Virus record (IMG/VR): IMGVR_UViG_3300032236_001859
Coordinates: 62,001-126,000 of that record
Length of the DNA: 64,000 bases
Strand: one strand, 5' to 3'
Below, piece by piece: positions 59,894 to 64,000 of the stretch (its first letter is position 1; each line of letters opens with the position of its first letter). The translations under genes were made by a program, and so were the position numbers. The notes beneath the pieces are model-generated. The model saw nothing but the letters and a program-made list of their open reading frames with translations. It did not search any database and had not been told where the DNA came from.

Positions 59894-60931
59894 TCACGCC
59901 GCAAATGGGCTGGGGAGGTTGTCGTCACTCTGTCGATTCGCACGTCGAGTGGACTTGGAACCCTCGTCGTGGTAGATCCCCGTGGTGCGATTCTTGGTCT
60001 CGTTAATAACCGTGTTGATGCAGTTCTCGACCCGAATCTTGGTGGAGCCTACCCGACGACTCACGGCATCCTCGGAATGATCCGAGCTCTCCGATGCCGA
60101 CACCAGCATCTCACGGATCAGGGACCAGATGAGATCAACGGTTTCATAGGAGCCGTCGGGGTGACTCCCAAAAAACAACTTGTGGTCGATGGATAGCTGG
60201 TAGTTGGCGAGGCCACGTTCGGCATGGAAGAAAATAGAGTTGAGATCTTTGCAGACTCGATCCGTGATATATGGAGCCTCTTTTTTCCAATTGTTCTTTT
60301 GAATCGAAATCGTGACGACATCAAAGACCTGCGGTTTCACGGAGCGCTCGAAACACTCTTCGATGATACGAATCGAGTCGGCGACGTTGATGACTCCCTT
60401 TTGGCGATCCAGGAGTTCACGTAACACGGATTGCAGATTGCCAAAGGTCTGGTCTAGCCTGCGTTCTCTGGTGTTCTCGCGTTCCGCACTGGTGCGATCA
60501 TGTGCGGCCAAAGATGTCTTAAACGCCTCGGCCTGGGATGTCGTCAAAGTCTCCAGTTTGGTGCCGTGCTCCACCATGTCCTTGCGGAGCCCATGGATCT
60601 CTCTGCCGAGGCCCTCGATGCAGGCGCCATGCTTCTGCAACCCCCGCATGACGAGCTCGTTGGAGTTCGTGATCGCCTTGGCGATGCTCTCATTGGACGC
60701 CGCGATGAGTTCGGCTCGATGTGTCTTGCCTTCTTGCTCGATCTCGAGCTTCTTGTTCTCCGCTGCCTTGGCATCCTTCTTGGAGCGCAACCACAGCCAG
60801 AACGCGATGACCCCGAGGACGAGCACGATGACCAAGAACACGATACCGCCGGTTTCCAAGCGGTTAGCAGCGTTCATGATACGTTCAGATGCCGCCGCGG
60901 CATCCGCTGGATTCGTGGGTATGTCTGCCAT
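59894..60931 (-). CDS. Single-pass membrane protein with coiled coil (345 aa)
   Basis: GGIVFLVIVLVLGVIAFWLWL followed by RSKK. A lysis (holin-like) role is only a guess. Confidence 0.7.
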   Translation of the reverse strand: MADIPTNPADAAAASERIMNAANRLETGGIVFLVIVLVLGVIAFWLWLRSKKDAKAAENKKLEIEQEGKTHRAELIAASNESIAKAITNSNELVMRGLQKHGACIEGLGREIHGLRKDMVEHGTKLETLTTSQAEAFKTSLAAHDRTSAERENTRERRLDQTFGNLQSVLRELLDRQKGVINVADSIRIIEECFERSVKPQVFDVVTISIQKNNWKKEAPYITDRVCKDLNSIFFHAERGLANYQLSIDHKLFFGSHPDGSYETVDLIWSLIREMLVSASESSDHSEDAVSRRVGSTKIRVENCINTVINETKNRTTGIYHDEGSKSTRRANRQSDDNLPSPFAA

Positions 60932-60993
60932 GCTGTTTCCATGCTTAGTGGTGTCGCCACAGAATACCGGATATCCAGGCTACGCCAATGGGC

Positions 60994-61599
60994 TCACCAC
61001 GGCGAAGTCGTCTCGTCGAGACCAGCATTATTCAGTCGAATCAGGACTCGACCACTGTCAACCAAGGCAACCGGGGTATGCGTGGTGCCCAAGGTGATAC
61101 GGACTCCGCGGGGCTCCCACCTGTGATCACCGTCGTCATCCCAGAATAAAGGGAAGTTGGCTTGCGAGTTCAGAGGTGTAGCCCCTGGGAAGAAATCCCA
61201 TACCGTGGCCGCTTTCTGGTCGATCATGGAGCACCGCGTCACGATGTCTCCGGAGACCACAGGGCTGAGGCCTTGGCGCTGATTGATCTGGATGATGAGG
61301 TTGTGAACCGTGGTAACCAGACCCCAAAAGGGGTGGGGTGCCAATCGAGTAATCCAGCCACCGGGGTGCCCGGATGCCGCGATGACCACTGCTGGATCCC
61401 ATTCCATTTCCGCGGTGCTGAAGTCACCAATAGTGATCAGGGGGAGGGTGACCTCTGAGGTCCGCTGGACCCCGCCGGGTTCGATGGGGAGCCAGAGCAC
61501 GTTGTCCTGCCCATCACCCCCGGGTCCCGCATCAGGGATCTGGTTGTGGGCCGCCAACGAATGGATGAATGGCCCCTGGAGGCCCTGAAGGGTTGGCAT
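60994..61599 (-). CDS. Virion-associated protein, paralog of 62656-63582
   Basis: Shared WxxFPGATPxNS...DD.DGD...RG motif. Confidence 0.7.
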   Translation of the reverse strand: MPTLQGLQGPFIHSLAAHNQIPDAGPGGDGQDNVLWLPIEPGGVQRTSEVTLPLITIGDFSTAEMEWDPAVVIAASGHPGGWITRLAPHPFWGLVTTVHNLIIQINQRQGLSPVVSGDIVTRCSMIDQKAATVWDFFPGATPLNSQANFPLFWDDDGDHRWEPRGVRITLGTTHTPVALVDSGRVLIRLNNAGLDETTSPW

Positions 61600-61608
61600 G
61601 TCGACCTC

Positions 61609-62604
61609 TCAGACGTCGTTCTCACGGAAGAGGAATTGATGGGTGCTGATATACGAGGCACCCTTCCAGGTCACCGACACCTTAACAGTGTAGTTGGTCT
61701 CGAAGACGAGATCACTGGCACCTGTTTTGACAATCTTGAAGATACCGCGGGCATCGGCCCCAGTGATCCAGACCTCGGCGCCAGCGCTGTGAGCAGCACG
61801 TGTGGTCCCCAGAGAGGCTCGGGTTACGGTGACTAAAGTGGGGGAGTCCACGGTAACCACGGTCATGAGTTCGCTGTCGCACGCCAAGATCTTGCCGGCG
61901 GTGAGCCCAGTTGTGGATGCAATGCTGAGCTGGACAGCACCTGCACCGCTGCCCAGTGGGGCGCTGAGAAGTTGGGAGTACAGTGGGGTATCGGTGCCCA
62001 CAAAGATCGGGGAGACCCCATCGACTTCATAGAGTTCAACAGTGGCGTGATGCAAGAACTTGTCGGTGATCGCGGCGCCGTTGACTTGAAGCGAGGGGTA
62101 AAAGCCGATGAGATCGTTGGCGGGCACCCCAGTATCCGTGTACTCGAAACCAAGGAGACACATGGACACCGTACTGGAGCCCAGGCGATTGTAGATCTGG
62201 GTGAGGTCGCGGTGGTCATCCCCGGTGATCGCATCGATTTGGTCTTCGCCACCACCGAAGACAAGTTTGTTGAGATCCCTGTTCTCCGCATTGGCGTCGT
62301 CGTAGATCTCGACGAGCATGGCGTGTTCTTCATAGGGAGGGAACTTGACGGCAAAGGTACCCGCACCATTGGCACTCTCGTAGGCCGAGGCGACATCGAT
62401 GCTGTAACAACGCAGGAGGACTTCAGGGGTGCAGACATCGTAACCCGTGATATCCAGGGCCTCACCGGTGAGCCCCCCAGGAATCAGTTTAAGGAGACGT
62501 GCACGCACGGTGCCCACGGGGGCACTGGGGAGGACGCCAACACAGGGGTGCCCAGCATTCAGGGTACCCGCGGTGACATTGTTCACAAAGGATGGATATT
62601 TCAC
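61609..62604 (-). CDS. Virion-associated protein with fibre-base module
   Basis: ELMTV...VTRASLGTTRAAHSAGAEV; GTG start after GGAG. Confidence 0.7.
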   Translation of the reverse strand: MKYPSFVNNVTAGTLNAGHPCVGVLPSAPVGTVRARLLKLIPGGLTGEALDITGYDVCTPEVLLRCYSIDVASAYESANGAGTFAVKFPPYEEHAMLVEIYDDANAENRDLNKLVFGGGEDQIDAITGDDHRDLTQIYNRLGSSTVSMCLLGFEYTDTGVPANDLIGFYPSLQVNGAAITDKFLHHATVELYEVDGVSPIFVGTDTPLYSQLLSAPLGSGAGAVQLSIASTTGLTAGKILACDSELMTVVTVDSPTLVTVTRASLGTTRAAHSAGAEVWITGADARGIFKIVKTGASDLVFETNYTVKVSVTWKGASYISTHQFLFRENDV

Positions 62605-62655
62605 GTGTAATCTCCGATGCTGGAAATCTTGGGATTAGATGGGGGCTGACAATGC

Positions 62656-63582
62656 CTACCAGGCCCAGAGCGTGGTCAGCGGGTTGAGATGAATGATGAC
62701 TTCACCGGCGTCACGCAGTGCGCTCGGGTTGGCTTCTCGCGTGATCTCAATGGTGAATCCCCTGGATTCCTTGTCACCGTCTTCGTCGTCAACAATGGGC
62801 ATCCAGTTCGGGATCGAGTTCACTGGGGTGGCCCCAGGAAAATAGGTCCATCTCGATTTTTCATAGGCGCTGCCACGTGGGCCGCCTACTGTATCCACAC
62901 GTGTCACCGTGTAGGGGTGATAGGGGTTGCAGTAGGCATCATAGATCACGGAGGCCCCCGCGGGGTGATAGCCCGCAGTGGTCCCGAATCGAGATCTCAC
63001 GACCTGGATCTGATGCCCGGATACCGCGATAACCTTCACGGCTTCATAGCCCACAACGGCGTAGTTTCCAATGATAAACAGCCCGTTCACTGGTGCCGTA
63101 AAGTTGAACACGGTATCTGAGGGTAGAATAGTTCCGGAGAGAATACGATTTCCCAACGGGGCGGCGTGGAGGACCCCAATGGAACGATGGTTGGTTTCAT
63201 CCCCGGGGCGCCGGTAGTGAATGTTAAGTTGACGGACAACATCAGAGATTCGAGTCGGCATCCGTGGCCAGACATCAACGGGATATGCGGGGTCACTCCC
63301 AGTATTGATGTCCGAGTATCCCCAGGATCTGGAATCGTCATCCCACTTCATCATGGCCAGTGAAATCGTCTCCGCACCCAGGGGTTGCGGGAAGCATGCC
63401 GCAGGGATCGAGATGTCGTGTGAAATGTTGACATCGGCGCCAATGGCGTCACGGAAGCCCTCGGGGAGCACGATATCAAGGGTTCCGCAATACTGCACTT
63501 CAGGGGGCTCCGTGAGGGGAAGGCCAGCAAATGTGGCGTTATCGGTAAGCGGGAGGGCTCCGGGTATAATGTTCATGGCCAT
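62656..63582 (-). CDS. Virion-associated protein with fibre-base module
   Basis: EAVKV...VVRSRFGTTAGYHPAGASV. Confidence 0.7.
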   Translation of the reverse strand: MAMNIIPGALPLTDNATFAGLPLTEPPEVQYCGTLDIVLPEGFRDAIGADVNISHDISIPAACFPQPLGAETISLAMMKWDDDSRSWGYSDINTGSDPAYPVDVWPRMPTRISDVVRQLNIHYRRPGDETNHRSIGVLHAAPLGNRILSGTILPSDTVFNFTAPVNGLFIIGNYAVVGYEAVKVIAVSGHQIQVVRSRFGTTAGYHPAGASVIYDAYCNPYHPYTVTRVDTVGGPRGSAYEKSRWTYFPGATPVNSIPNWMPIVDDEDGDKESRGFTIEITREANPSALRDAGEVIIHLNPLTTLWAW

Positions 63583-63583
63583 G

Positions 63584-64000
63584 TCAGGGCCCCATGTTCA
63601 GCACGCGGGTCACCGACACCAGGGTTTCAGAAAGAGGCGTGGAATCCACGGGTGCCCAGGCATAGGTCAGGGTGAGCACGGCACCATCACGAATCCTCGT
63701 GATCTGCTTGGTGTGGACCATCCCACTTGGCAGCCAGGTATAGGAAATAACGAATAGTGTTGCCGTCTTAGTGGAATCCGAGTAATGCGTCTTCGTGAGG
63801 AGATCACCGGTGACGGCATCCCAGGTGTACTCAGTATAATAGGCCTGGTTGTCAACCTCGAACTCGATCTCTAACCCGATTTGATCGCAGCAATCACCGC
63901 TTGGTGTGGGCCCCGGACCCCCAGAGGTCGCCCCCGGAGAGTAAGTCAGGACGCCCTTAATAGCCGTGATCTCACGAGGAGTCTGGGAATCGAAAACCCC
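63584..64000 (-). CDS. 3' end of a virion/fibre-type protein (5'-truncated)
   Basis: My own translation: open frame ...YYTEYTWDAVTGDLLTKTHY...TRVLNMGP*, with YD-like beta hairpins. Confidence 0.7.
   Translation of the reverse strand, partial: GVFDSQTPREITAIKGVLTYSPGATSGGPGPTPSGDCCDQIGLEIEFEVDNQAYYTEYTWDAVTGDLLTKTHYSDSTKTATLFVISYTWLPSGMVHTKQITRIRDGAVLTLTYAWAPVDSTPLSETLVSVTRVLNMGP

Noticed and set aside
1-64000. Stop-codon reassignment, tRNAs, integrase
   Set aside because: Genes are full length in code 11 and use all three stops; I recognised no cloverleaf or recombinase motifs.

Overview
This window is a 64 kb piece of a large dsDNA phage with a contractile tail (myophage, probably jumbo-sized). 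GC is roughly 60%, the genetic code is standard, and almost all genes are on the minus strand. From left to right: (i) a GpA-type terminase large subunit on + and a degenerate RNase H-like gene; (ii) an accessory or early region (about 4.1-8.8 kb) of short genes separated by hairpin terminators and structured leaders, including a protein resembling Csx20/Csx15-type ring nucleases, a ~750-nt hairpin-dense ncRNA candidate and a repeat cluster that may be an origin or operator; (iii) a Zn-finger primase-like gene transcribed divergently from two probable head-associated genes; (iv) a long tail module with six paralogous baseplate/fibre proteins, wedge, baseplate J, gp25-like, a sigma-70 family factor, hub, tape measure, tail chaperone with a probable -1 frameshift, spike, tube, sheath and neck genes; (v) four collagen-like fibre genes, three of them long with different tips (Cys-rich; ~28 RCC1/BLIP-II blades; poly-SGSSHH), followed by more virion-type genes. 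I saw no capsid or portal gene, tRNA, CRISPR array or integrase. All product calls come from motif recognition and gene order by eye, not from database searches.
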